Assembly: GCF_018977255.1 (NCBI RefSeq)
Contig: NW_024705450.1
Location: 1 to 43,565, forward strand
Origin: Callorhinchus milii
Lineage: Eukaryota
DNA length: 43,565 bases
Direction: 5' to 3'
The notes below the pieces were generated by a model, which saw only the letters and a list, made by a program, of their open reading frames with translations, was not told where the DNA came from and searched no databases. Each line of letters begins with the position of its first letter. Position 1 is the stretch's first letter. Positions 1 to 11,100 of the stretch are shown here, piece after piece. The translations under genes were made by a program, and so were the position numbers.

Positions 1-177
1 ATAAAGGACAACGGAGACAGACACAGTGGAAGAGTCCTTTATTACATTAGTAATCTGGCGGGTTAAAGGCTGTGGCTATGCTAGAAATGTCAACTTGTAA
101 GATCTAATTCACACTCGCATACCCTCGCAAGAACTAACACAATGGGGCCCATTTATTATCATAGTTTCACGTAACAG

Positions 178-183
178 TTTATT
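178..183 (-). terminator. Candidate poly(A) signal of KLHL20
   Basis: TTTATT on + (AATAAA on -) in AT-rich UTR-like sequence; further copies at 152-157 and near 38. Confidence 0.35.
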
Positions 184-334
184 AATTAAAAGACAGCTTT
201 ACAATATACAAAGTTTTTCAATGCAAGGACTTTTTTTTTACAAATGTAAACGTTAGATAAAAACGCAACCGTGGTTTTAAGATGTGTTACGTTGAAGTGT
301 GCGCGGCGAGTGGGAAATTGCACGTGCCAAGCAT

Positions 335-395
335 GACTGGAGGCGACTCGTGAAGGAATCTCCAGGCCAGTTGGGGGGGCAGTCGCCCTCCAACG
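335..395 (+). mobile_element. Short fragment related to the RTE LINE 3' region
   Basis: tggaggcgactcgtgaaggaatctccaggccagttgggggggcagtcgccctccaac resembles the reverse complement of about 32015-32072 (WRRLVKDSTGQL). Confidence 0.6.
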
Positions 396-1128
396 TCGTG
401 TTGAATGGCGGCCGTTGTTTGTTATTTGGCCGTAAAGACAAAACGCACAACCTGTTTGGGTGTCATGGAACTTATGTGGTCAAGGCACAGCTAAAACCTC
501 ATTCACAAAACCCTAAAAACACACACACACGTGCACGCGGTTGTTATGAAACACACTGTGCACGTTCCGCCGGTGTGTATGTTCGCTATTTTACAATACG
601 AGCGATGTCATTTATGTTCCGGGCAATTAAAAGGACGGAACTCGTGCAAGCAGTGCTACATATCTATAACTCCTGCATGAGAGGCCAATTCCCCGTACCT
701 CGGATGAGCACGGTTGGCTACGTATGATGCGAAAGAAGTTCAACAAATGTACATACAGAGTTCAAAGGCTCTGCTGGTTGGCCAGCTCTCAGCCATTGCG
801 GCTCTTGACGGGGATGAGCACAAGCTCCCCCTCCCCGTGTCACTGGCTGATCGCAGAGCGGACCTGCTGCCGAGCAGTCCAGCTGGCTGATCGCCGATTC
901 AAGGGTAAAGGCGACATTCTCATTGAAAGAGGGGCCCCCGTTTGAAGACCCCTTGAAGGCAGAGGGGCCCGATGTGTGTAGAGGTCCGCGGAGGTTGAAA
1001 AGGGTCGAGAAGGGGGTCCCAAACAGCACAACGGATGGGCGAGGGAAAACTCAGTGGAGCTTTTTGAATCTTGTTCGCTACGAGCACACGTCACTGTGTT
1101 GCCAGAATAAATGACGCTCTTCCACCAG

Positions 1129-1691
1129 TGTAGGGCTGTTACAGAGGGGCTGTATGTGTAGGGCTGTATGCATAGGATCACACGGGTAACAAACACAGTG
1201 GGCGGGGCTCCGTGAGTACACGGGGAGGTGCCCGCAACGACGTCCGCACCGGGCGGCCTGGGGGGCTGCCCGGGGGGTTGTGATCCTCCGGGGGGTATAA
1301 ATGGGGATGAGCCGGAGAGCTCGGGGTGGAGTTTAGAGTAAAAGGAGGGAAGACAGAAGATCGACTAGCTAGAGCCCTGGACTCCCCTGGGACGCCGCCC
1401 TTGTCAGGGCCGCGCAGGACCGAGCCAGTGGCGTGGTCCCGTGAACCAGAGTTAGTACTCTGGGACTCCGGGTACCGTAGCCCGACTGACCAGTGTCGGG
1501 CCAGATAGCCTCCCCTAGCCCATTAGTGGAGGACCAGGAGGTAGGTCAGGGGTAGCTAGTAGAGTATTCCCAGCTATCCGGGTGAGGGGGCCGATACACC
1601 CCTCTAGTATTGTATGTCCGCAGTGTGACTACTTGTACGAATAAACACGTGTGCCTTACAACGGTGTCCAAGCGTCATCAACGGTACTTCA
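1129..1691 (+). repeat. 5' LTR (563 bp)
   Basis: Direct repeat of 7339-7904; TATAAA near 1296, AATAAA near 1640. Confidence 0.96.
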
Positions 1692-1693
1692 TC

Positions 1694-1704
1694 TGGTGTC
1701 AGAA
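1694..1704 (+). other. Primer-binding site (tRNA-Leu type)
   Basis: TGGTGTCAGAA 2 nt after the LTR, complementary to the tRNA-Leu 3' end (...UUCUGACACCA). Confidence 0.8.
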
Positions 1705-1715
1705 CAACTACGAAC

Positions 1716-3818
1716 ATGGATACGCGCCAAACAGCTCGAGCCAAAGTACCGCAAGTGGAGGACACCGCTGAAATTGTCGAGCCCGAGACGGCTCAACAAG
1801 ACATCGTGCAGCCGGGGCCGGACGCTTTCTTACCGGGGCATCGGCATGAAGAGGAGCCGCAAACAGAAGGGCTGAGGCTGGCTCACGCAAGGCTGGCAGA
1901 GCTACTATACGCCGCTGCCGCCACGCTGGAGAACATCACGCGGCTGGGGGCTGGTGGTCCACCACGGGGCGAGGAGAGCCGGCGTCCGGAGCGCCTTCCC
2001 GCCATCTCCGAAGATTCAAACTTTGAAATTCCCGCCATCGCCGCAGCGGCTGCTCAGGGCGTGGCCAGCCTGAACCTCGGGTCCGACGTCGGCCTCGCTG
2101 GGGCTGCCGCGTCATCGCCTGCGGAGGGAACGTCATCACGGCTGCGACAGGCGATACCATCTGCCGTTCGCGCCGAGGCACAGCCGAGTCACGGAGACAG
2201 CAGCCTGCGGGGTTCCACGGCGACCGCTGCGCTGCACCAAAGACTGCCTCCGCTTAAAGAGTTTGTTGGTGCGGAGGGCGACTGGGGCGGCTTTCAACGA
2301 CGCTTCCTCGCCCACCAAGAAATGGCTAAATGGTCGGATGCTGAAGCTCTCTGCGCGCTGCCGGCGCTCCTCGACGGCGACGCACTCGCCGCCCTCACAT
2401 CGGCGCCGAGGGAGAAGCGCTCTACACTACCGATGGCGCTGCAGCTGCTGGCCGGGGTCTACGGACCTTCAGCGGAATGCAGGCAGCAGTTTTACGACCG
2501 CCAGCGGGGCGCAAAGGAGTCGCCCCTGGCGTACAGAACGAGTCTCCTGGCGCTGGCGAAGACGGCCTTCCCTCGCATGGACGAGGACGGCGTCGACGCC
2601 ATGGTGACAGAAAAAATCCTCCTGCTGGCAGACGACCTGGACATCGCCGTCGTTGCACAGGACAACACGGAGATGGATTCCCTCCAAGCTGCGCGGCTCC
2701 TCCACGCCAACCTGCTGTCACAGCGACGGAGGGCCAACAGGGCAGGGGCCGGGCGTGCGGCGGCTGCAGTCACCCTCCCGACGGAGGAGTGTTACGCCGT
2801 CGACCATCGACGGCAGCAGAGGACGGGAGCACGGTCGGGCCGGGATGGAGCGAGCCGCTTCCACCGTCCGTCATCGCCGCCGGCGCTCCCGCGTTGCTTC
2901 AACTGCGGCGTCCGGGGCCATGTCGCCTCGGGGTGCCGCTCTCCTCGGCAGCGCGGGACGACGCCTCCACAGGACGCCGGCCCTCCTCCTCCTCCCAAGC
3001 TCCATCAACATAATCCGGCGAGTCGCGGCACCACACATGTTTGGCCTAAGCACACACCTGTCGCACACTCTCGCACCGTAACGAACGGGGGGCCGACATT
3101 GCGCTGCGACGGGCCAACACGCACCACTGTGGGGACTCAAATCGAACCCGGGCAGTGGTCCGTGTTAGCCCATCGCGTTGTGGCCGCGTCGTCGGGGTCG
3201 TCGGCCGTCGTGGGACACATTGACGGGGTTGAGGTACGCATCCTGGTCGACACGGGGGCATCGGCGACCATCATTTCCGAACTAATTTACAACATTTTAC
3301 CTGTCCAGAGCCGTCCTTTACTGCCGGTTAACGTCCCATTCTATGCCGCTAACGGGGGCTCCCTTGGCATCATTGGACAGATTCGAGCGCAAATTTGTAT
3401 CGGGGATATCAAATTGTCGGGCCCGATTTTTGTTTCCTCCTCGCTGGCGGTTCCGTGCCTGCTGGGGACGGACTTCTTGGGCAAAATGCCGATTCGTATT
3501 TTAATAGACCAGGGATGCATTGAGCTCCCGTCGGGACGGCGCATGGCGTTCCTGCCTTCACCTACTGCGACTCGGACGGCGTTCGTAACTATACCAGCGT
3601 CCGTCGTTAAAACAGTTCGTGTGCCGCCGGGAGCTCAAATGTTAGTGCCTCTAAAACTTCGTCGGCCCTTCGCTGAGGGCATTGGGGCCCAGGGAATTCT
3701 GCTAGGACCGTCTAGGGCCGGGGTTAGTGGACCGCATTTGATTCCGGCCCTGACCGTCGTGAGGGGGACGGGGACCCTTTCATCGCGGTCCTCAATGTGG
3801 GGTCGCAAACAGTGGTAG
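1716..3818 (+). CDS. gag: Gypsy Gag plus aspartic protease
   Basis: CCHC knuckle CFNCGVRGHVASGC; protease LVDTGAS and LLGTDFL; frameshifts into pol near 3780. Confidence 0.9.
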   Translation: MDTRQTARAKVPQVEDTAEIVEPETAQQDIVQPGPDAFLPGHRHEEEPQTEGLRLAHARLAELLYAAAATLENITRLGAGGPPRGEESRRPERLPAISEDSNFEIPAIAAAAAQGVASLNLGSDVGLAGAAASSPAEGTSSRLRQAIPSAVRAEAQPSHGDSSLRGSTATAALHQRLPPLKEFVGAEGDWGGFQRRFLAHQEMAKWSDAEALCALPALLDGDALAALTSAPREKRSTLPMALQLLAGVYGPSAECRQQFYDRQRGAKESPLAYRTSLLALAKTAFPRMDEDGVDAMVTEKILLLADDLDIAVVAQDNTEMDSLQAARLLHANLLSQRRRANRAGAGRAAAAVTLPTEECYAVDHRRQQRTGARSGRDGASRFHRPSSPPALPRCFNCGVRGHVASGCRSPRQRGTTPPQDAGPPPPPKLHQHNPASRGTTHVWPKHTPVAHSRTVTNGGPTLRCDGPTRTTVGTQIEPGQWSVLAHRVVAASSGSSAVVGHIDGVEVRILVDTGASATIISELIYNILPVQSRPLLPVNVPFYAANGGSLGIIGQIRAQICIGDIKLSGPIFVSSSLAVPCLLGTDFLGKMPIRILIDQGCIELPSGRRMAFLPSPTATRTAFVTIPASVVKTVRVPPGAQMLVPLKLRRPFAEGIGAQGILLGPSRAGVSGPHLIPALTVVRGTGTLSSRSSMWGRKQW

Positions 3819-6800
3819 TTCCTCAAGGGACGGTGCTTGCGCACGCGACGCCGGTGCCCTGCGAGGAACCGGTTGCGAATCATGTCGGCACTGCTACCCG
3901 GCCGCACCCACATTCGGACAGCGATGAAGGGTGGCTCGATGCGCTTTGTGCGGGATCGACGGACCTGTCAAATTCAGAGCGCCAACAGCTTAGAACGCTA
4001 CTGCGGGAATTTTCCGACGTTTTCAGTCGGAACAAATACGATTTGGGTTGCACTCATCTGCTGCGTCACCATATTGACACGGGTGACAGCGCGCCAATAC
4101 GCCAGAATCCGTTTCGGTTAAGTCCCGCCGAAAAGGACCATGTCAAATCGGCTGTTGATGACATGTTAGCCGCCGACATCATTTCTCCCTCTACCAGCCC
4201 TTGGGGAGCGCCGATCGTCCTGGTTAAAAAGCAGGACGGCTCGTTGCGGTTTTGCGTTGATTTTCGGCGCCTTAACAAAATTTCGGTTGCCGACGCATAC
4301 CCGCTCCCACGGATGGACGAATCGCTGGACGCCTTGGCGGGAGCGCGATTCTTCTCCACACTGGATTTACTTTCGGGATTCTGGCAGCTTCCTCTGGACG
4401 ATGAATCAAAACCTAAAACTGCTTTCCGTACACCGCACGGCCTGTTCCAATTCAACCGGTTGCCGATGGGCTTACACTCAGCGCCGGCAACTTTCCAGCG
4501 TTTGATGGAATTGGTTTTGGCTGGATTGCAATGGGAGTCGTGCCTGATTTATTTGGATGACGTTATCGTCTTCAGTAAAACTTTTGACGAACATCTCCAG
4601 AGGTTGCGGGCGGTTTTCCTAAAGATGCGGGCTGCTAATTTGAAGTTCAAGCCCCAAAAATGTCATTTGTTACGCGATTCGGTGCGTTATTTGGGGCACA
4701 TCGTAGGGCGCTCGGGTATTGCTACCGATCCCGCCAAAACGCAGTGTGTCAGCTCCTGGCCGACTCCCACCTCGGTGGGAGAGGTCAGGAGTTTCATCGG
4801 CTTCGCGTCGTATTACCGACGGTTCGTCGCTGATTTTGCGACGATTGCCAAACCCCTACACGCCTTAACATCTAAAGGGGTTCGGTTCCACTGGGGTCAG
4901 GAGGAGGAGGCTGCTTTTTGCTCCCTTCGGGACGCCCTGGTAAAAGCTCCTCCCTTGATTTACCCCGATTTTTCAAACCGTTTCTGCTCGACACCGATGC
5001 GAGCAACACGGGTATTGGGGGCGTGCTTTCCCAGGTGGTTGACGGCGTGGAACGGGTGGTTGCGTACGGCAGTCGGGTGTTGTCTCCAGCGGAGCAAAGA
5101 TATTGTGTCACCCGCAGGGAACTGTTGGCAATTGTCTATTTCATCCAACAGTATCGCCCATATCTGTACGGTCGGCATTTCACCGTCCGCACAGATCATG
5201 CGGCACTGCAGTACGCCCTGCGAGTTCAACAGCCATCGGGACAATTGTCCCGATGGTTGGAGATCCTCCAGGATTTTGATTTCAAACCACCTACCGTAAG
5301 GGCGTTCGCCACACCAACGCGGACGCTCTGTCGCGCATGCCAACCACCTCCGAATGTGCATGCCTCCTGGGGTCGGGACGTTGCAAGCCAGCAGGGGACA
5401 TGTCGGTTCCGGTCCTGGCGGCCGCCGCCGACGACGAGACAGTTGTCCCTAATTCTATCGAACAACAGGGAAAGATTCCCTGCTGGGTTTGCCCGTTCAT
5501 GAATGGGGGCGCCTCCAGATGGAGGATACCTCCCTCCTCGCGTTGCGTCGTCGCGCCGGAGAGGCGGGGCGGGGGTCGGGTGATGCCGACGCATGGGAAA
5601 TGCACGCGGGGTTGCTGATGCATTGGGACGGAAAATCCCATCGACACCGGCTGGTGGTCCCTTCTGGGTTACGGGGTAGGGTGGTGTGGGCTGCTCATGA
5701 GCGCCTCCTCCACCTGGGTACCCAAAAGACCCTCGCCTTGCTCCAGCGTGATTTTTTTTGGCAAGGCATGACAAGGGATGTCACAGATCTGTTGGCATCA
5801 TGCCCTCGGTGTGCGCAGCGAAAACCACCAGCACGGGAGTCAAACCCGCCTTTGCAGTCTATCAGGGTCTCCAGAGTGAACGAACTTGTCGCGCTGGATA
5901 TTCTGGGCCCATTCCCCGCCACCCCTAGGGGAAATAGATATTTGTTGACCGGGGTCGAATACTTTACGCGCTGGCCTATGGCCTGGCCCCTGGCCAACCA
6001 GTCGGCAGCAGCCATCGTGGAGGCCTTTGTCCAAGGTTATGTCATGGACAAAGGTGCTCCGGAGCGGCTGCTGACCGACCAGGGTAGAAATTTTTCCGGC
6101 AAACTCCTCCAACAGGTCTGTGAGCTCCTGGGAACGAAAAAAATTCGTACCTCTCCCTATCACCCGCAAACTGACGGGATGGTCGAGCGTCTGCATCGCA
6201 CCATCACGTCTATGTTGTCACAGCAGGTTTCGGACTCACAGACCGATTGGGACTTGCAAATTCAAGGGGTCCTGGCAGCATACAGATTGGCCCCCCATGC
6301 TGCGACGGGATTTTCACCCTTCTTCCTCATGTATGGCCGCGAACCTGACCCACCTGTTCGGGCGCAGCTGCAGATCCCCGCGCCGCTGGGTAAAACTAAA
6401 TTGGTCGACCATGTTAAATTCAACCTTGCAAAATTGACTGAGGCACGGGATGCTGCCATGCTAAATTCCGACCGGCGTCAGAAAGCGAATGAGCGCCTCA
6501 GACTGGGTCGCGCGCGCGTGCTACAGTGGAAGCCGGGGGACAGGGCATGGCTGCACTGCCCCAGGTACCACTCGCGACATCCTCTAAACTGGTGCGGCCG
6601 TGGCGCGGCCCTGTCGAGGTGGTCGAGGTTTTGCGGCCTCAGTGCGTTCGCATCAAATGGGGGAAGCGCCGGTGGTTTGTGCACCCCTCGAGACTGAAAC
6701 CATTCGTTGCGGTGCGAGGCCCCACTCCACACACGCGTGGCCAAACATGTGGGGGGTCGGCCGACTCAAAGGGTCCGTCTCTGCTGCTCTCGCCTGACGT

Positions 6801-7005
6801 GTTGCCGGCTGTCCCGCCCACAGGTGCACCGGGAATGACGGGCTCACGCCCAACCACCCCTACGGGGGATGCCGAGGGTCTCGCGACGTCAAGCACGGAC
6901 TCACTTCAAAATGGACAGCTGCCACCGGATGGTCCGCCATCCGGGGTTGCCCCGTGTGACGGGCCTGCGGCAAGGACGCGCGCAAAAATGCGCAGACTCT
7001 TGTGA
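3797..7005 (+). CDS. pol: Gypsy Pol (RT, RNase H, integrase) split by frameshifts near 4975, 5290, 5490 and 6560
   Basis: RT: SPWGAPIVLVKK, RFCVDFRRLN, YLDD. RNase H: DTDASNTGIG, RELLAIV, TDHAAL, NADALSR. Integrase: HHCC finger, LDILGP, TDQG, DGMVERLHRT, then KLVRPWRGP. Confidence 0.9.
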
Positions 7006-7325
7006 AGCATTAAAAAGAAATTTTATTTTTTATTTTTCACGTGTATGGTTGCTGTGCGCTGCGTCGGTGGGGTGCTCCTGCCACATTGTGTTGTGTTGTG
7101 TGTGTGCTGGGGGTTCCTTGCTAATTGTATATACGTTGCTCTTACGGAATTCGTATTTATTCAGGGGGGGTGCGTCGGGTTATTTTCCATTCGGGGTTTG
7201 TTGGTTCTTGTTGTTGTTCTCGTCACGTTATGGTTAAAAATTGTTTTTTTGAGGCACACGCGGAGGTCAAGGGGTTAATAAACCTTTATTGAATTTGTTG
7301 CAGCCGGGACGGCTGCGAGCTGTAC

Positions 7326-7335
7326 AGGGGGGGGG
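7326..7335 (+). other. Polypurine tract
   Basis: AGGGGGGGGG 3 nt before the 3' LTR. Confidence 0.85.
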
Positions 7336-7338
7336 TGA

Positions 7339-7904
7339 TGTAGGGCTGTTACAGAGGGGCTGTATGTGTAGGGCTGTATGCATAGGATCACACGGGTAAC
7401 AAACACAGTGGGCGGGGCTCCGTGAGTACACGGGGAGGTGCCCGCAACGACGTCCGCACCGGGCGGCCTGGGGGGCTGCCCGGGGGGTTGTGATCCTCCG
7501 GGGGGTATAAATGGGGATGAGCCGGAGAGCTCGGGGTGGAGTTTTTAGAGTAAAAGGAGGGAAGACAGAAGATCGACTAGCTAGAGCCCTGGACTCCCCT
7601 GGGACGCCGCCCTTGTCAGGGCCGCGCAGGACCGAGCCAGTGGCGTGGTCCCGTGAACCAGAGTTAGTACTCTGGGACTCCGGGTACCGTAGCCCGACTG
7701 ACCAGTGTCGGGCCAGATAGCCTCCCCTAGCCCATTAGTGGAGGACCAGGAGGTAGTGTCAGGGGTAGCTAGTAGAGTATTCCCAGCTATCCGGGTGAGG
7801 GGGCCGATACACCCCTCTAGTATTGTATGTCCGCAGTGTGACTACTTGTACGAATAAACACGTGTGCCTTACAACGGTGTCCAAGCGTCATCAACGGTAC
7901 TTCA
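7339..7904 (+). repeat. 3' LTR (566 bp)
   Basis: Same as the 5' LTR except a +2 T and a +1 T indel, by eye. Confidence 0.96.
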
Positions 7905-8052
7905 CCAGTATAGGTCCTGGACTCCCTTTCAAAAAGTATCGATGTGCACTTATTAAAGAAAAGCGTGCCTGTGCCTGTGTGCGCATGTGTTCGTGCGTGT
8001 TTCAACGGAGCACGTAGACTGCACGCGGACACGGAGCGCGCTGCGTCTTCTG

Positions 8053-8137
8053 CTACCAAATGTGCGATTCACACTGCGTCATTTTAACCACTCCAACCCC
8101 TAATCCAAAGCGGCGGTAGTTCATGGCTCCACACAAC
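8053..8137 (-). CDS. KLHL20: KLHL20 terminal coding exon ([27 protein letters not shown])
   Basis: cag|G TTG TGT...TGG TAG, 85 nt. Confidence 0.92.
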
Positions 8138-11100
8138 CTGAAACGCAACACCAGCATCACCACCGTGAGCATCAAGGCTGTCGTTAACCTCGCCAGGATT
8201 AGCACCACCGTCATCACAACACCCGCGATAATCAACACCCGTACGAGCAACGCTACCTTTAGCAACATCATCAATGCCTTCAGGATCACACTTATTCACG
8301 TACAGCCCTTTTGTAAAATCCACTGCTGGATGAAAGCCTCTGCACAAGGGCCATTTTACCAGACTTCACCGAGTTGGTCAGTGTGGGTTGACGGCAGGTA
8401 GAAGAGACATGGGAGCATATAATACAGTACAACAAGGGATTGTGCTGCACTGCCCTCTGCTGCCCACTGCAAATGGGTGATCACCTACTATGCAGAGTGG
8501 TCACCCATTCAAGCACTATCCAGTCTCATACTTGCTCAGCTTCCAAGATCGGATTAAATCGGGCACTTTCCATGTGATTTGGCCAAAGGCAACGTCACGA
8601 TAGCCATCCAGCAAAGGCGGTGGTCACCACGTCGCGCACTTTCAGATGCGCTTCTGCTGCCGTCTGGAACGTCTTCCTTCCGATATTAGGAAGCCACTGG
8701 AGTTATAAACGTTTAAACCCAGATTGAAAACTCATCTCTTTAGAACTGCTTTTTATGTTTAGCTTGTCCTTCTGCCGCACCTCCAATGAGCACGGTTGGC
8801 TACGTACGGTGCGAAAGAAGCTCAACGTACACATGTACAATCATACAAGAGAATCAGAACAGATCTCATTAGCACCACCATACTCATCACCACAGCCAGC
8901 GTTACAGAAACAACACCACCAGGATCACCACCACCACCAGAACTACCAACTACCCACGCAGGCCCCCTGTGCCAAGCCTACCTCCACGTGTTGGCCTCTG
9001 CGTCGTACACCTCGATGGTTTTGAGGTAGGTGGCTCTATGAAACCCTCCGACGGCCATGAGCTGTCCATTCACCACGGCTAGGCCCACCTGCACCCAACG
9101 TCATCATCGTCATTATCATCACCACAATCTCCTTTGAGCACAGCAATATTGTTGCACACACCTGCAGCATTAGCTGCTTTGACACTGAATGTTCGATATA
9201 CAGCAGCTCGGAGTGAAGAACACGTCCCAAGTTGTGTTTGCACCAATAATAAATGTATAAGGAAATAGGTGTTATGCGCTGCTCAATTTAAAATTGGCAG
9301 CTTGCCTGGAAGTTAACTGTGCTCTACAGCATACTGTGTGCAAAGCTGTAGTTTTTAAGATTGTAAGAAAACAGAGGCTCATGTTTCTAGGGCTGTGGCC
9401 AGTGGTTAATACTACAAGTGCATTAAAAAACATTTATTGGAATCTGCTACAAGAATTAATCATTATTCTGTTGTAACGTACGAGCAATTGGACGGAAAGG
9501 CAAATGTATGGATAGCGAGACAGAGGGAGGGACACATGGACACAGGGATGGATGAATATATGGACAAGAGACAACGATTCCCGATAGCCTAAATAGACTT
9601 CTGGGGCAAATGCTGGTAGCAGCTATAAAGGCCAACAGAGCACACGAAGGGGGTGGGTGGCCAGCACCACGCCCGGCCGCCTTTGTCTCCCTAGTGGTGA
9701 TGTTTACACACCACACCAGGTACTCGTGGAGGGGCAGACAAGCAGAAGGACGGAGGGACACGACGTTCGTTCGGCGGCACAGATGGATGGAACGTACTGC
9801 GTTCCGACGCGTGTTCATGGCGGCGATCGGGCTCCACGTGTTTTCGCGGGGGCAGTAGCGCTCCGCCGAGCTCAGCTCGGTGGTGTCGTCGCGTCCACCC
9901 ACCGCGTACAGGCAGTCCTGGTAAACAGCGCAGCCCGGGTACTCGCGCCTAGTGCCCATTGGCGGCACCGGCGCCCACCGGTTATCGGCGGGGCTGTATC
10001 GCTCCACTGTTTGCACACACACACACGGCCATGCGTAATGTACCTTCACGGGCTCTTGGATGGGGCGACACCAAAGGAAACGATGAACACCAACAACTGA
10101 AAAAGCGTGCAAAGAGCCAGATGTGGCCCTGGTGAAGTGGGGTAGGATTCGTGGGAAGGGGGCTCGTGCTAGTAGCTGATTGGCTAGATGTGGCAGTGTT
10201 TGGTGGGCAAGTGCTCCCCCCATTCAAACCCCATGCTCCATCTCACCAGTGAAATGTTTGCTTTTTCAGTTTTTTCCCAACTTTCGTGGTGTTTGTGGCA
10301 CGGCACTGACCTTGACCCAAAAGCCACAGAGGATAGCCAATGCTCAAGTGAGCATTGGGTGGTGCTCATCACCATTGGCAGTCCCTGGGCCAAAGGTGAA
10401 CATTCTACACCCTACAGAAATGGCCAACTATTTGTCATTTGTCAAATGTTTTCACTCCATATTTATATTTACAGTGGAGGTGCACTTATGGCACCACGGT
10501 GGCAAGATGTTAACTACCTCGCCTGGTACACAGGAGGTCGTGGAATCGAACCCAACCCTGACGCCTGTATATTTTGGAGTTTTCACATCTCTCCCTCCGT
10601 GGTCATGTGGGTTTTACTCTGCGGTGGGTGGACAGCGCCACGCCCGGCCGCCTTTGTCTCTCCAGTGGCGATGTTGACACACCACACCAGGTACTCATTT
10701 GAGGCCGAGTCGACCGCTAAGCTACCGCTCCCCACACAACATGCAGCATGCACACACACACAGGAACACTCAGCATTGGCTGTGTGAGCCAGATGGGCAC
10801 GAGAGAGAGACCAGTGTCGAGAGGCGATGTCCCGTCAAAGCCCCCGACTGCATACAGGTGTCCCCCGAGGACAGCCACAGCCATCCCGAGTCTCCGCGTG
10901 CTCATAGATGCTACCCGGCTCCACTTGTTCTCCTTGGGGTCATATCTAATGATGAGTGCACATACAGAGATTTACACACGCACAGGGGGAGATCAGATCA
11001 ACGCACACAAACATCTGCCCCATATAGTCTCATCAGACTGTTGGGGCAAGTGCCGTTAGCGATTACACTGGTCAACAAAAATAAAAAAAATTCTGGCCTG

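Larger units (their letters stand above)
1129..7904 (+). mobile_element. Full-length Ty3/Gypsy LTR retrotransposon
   Basis: TG...CA LTRs, CCAG TSD at 1125-1128 and 7905-7908, PBS, PPT, domain order gag-PR-RT-RH-IN, no env. Confidence 0.97.

Noticed and set aside
1936..6896. Many antisense and alternative-frame ORFs within the Gypsy element
   Set aside because: Shadow ORFs of GC-rich coding sequence
6869..7278. Hydrophobic ORFs after pol as a possible env
   Set aside because: Short and caused by T/G-rich 3' UTR composition; no env features
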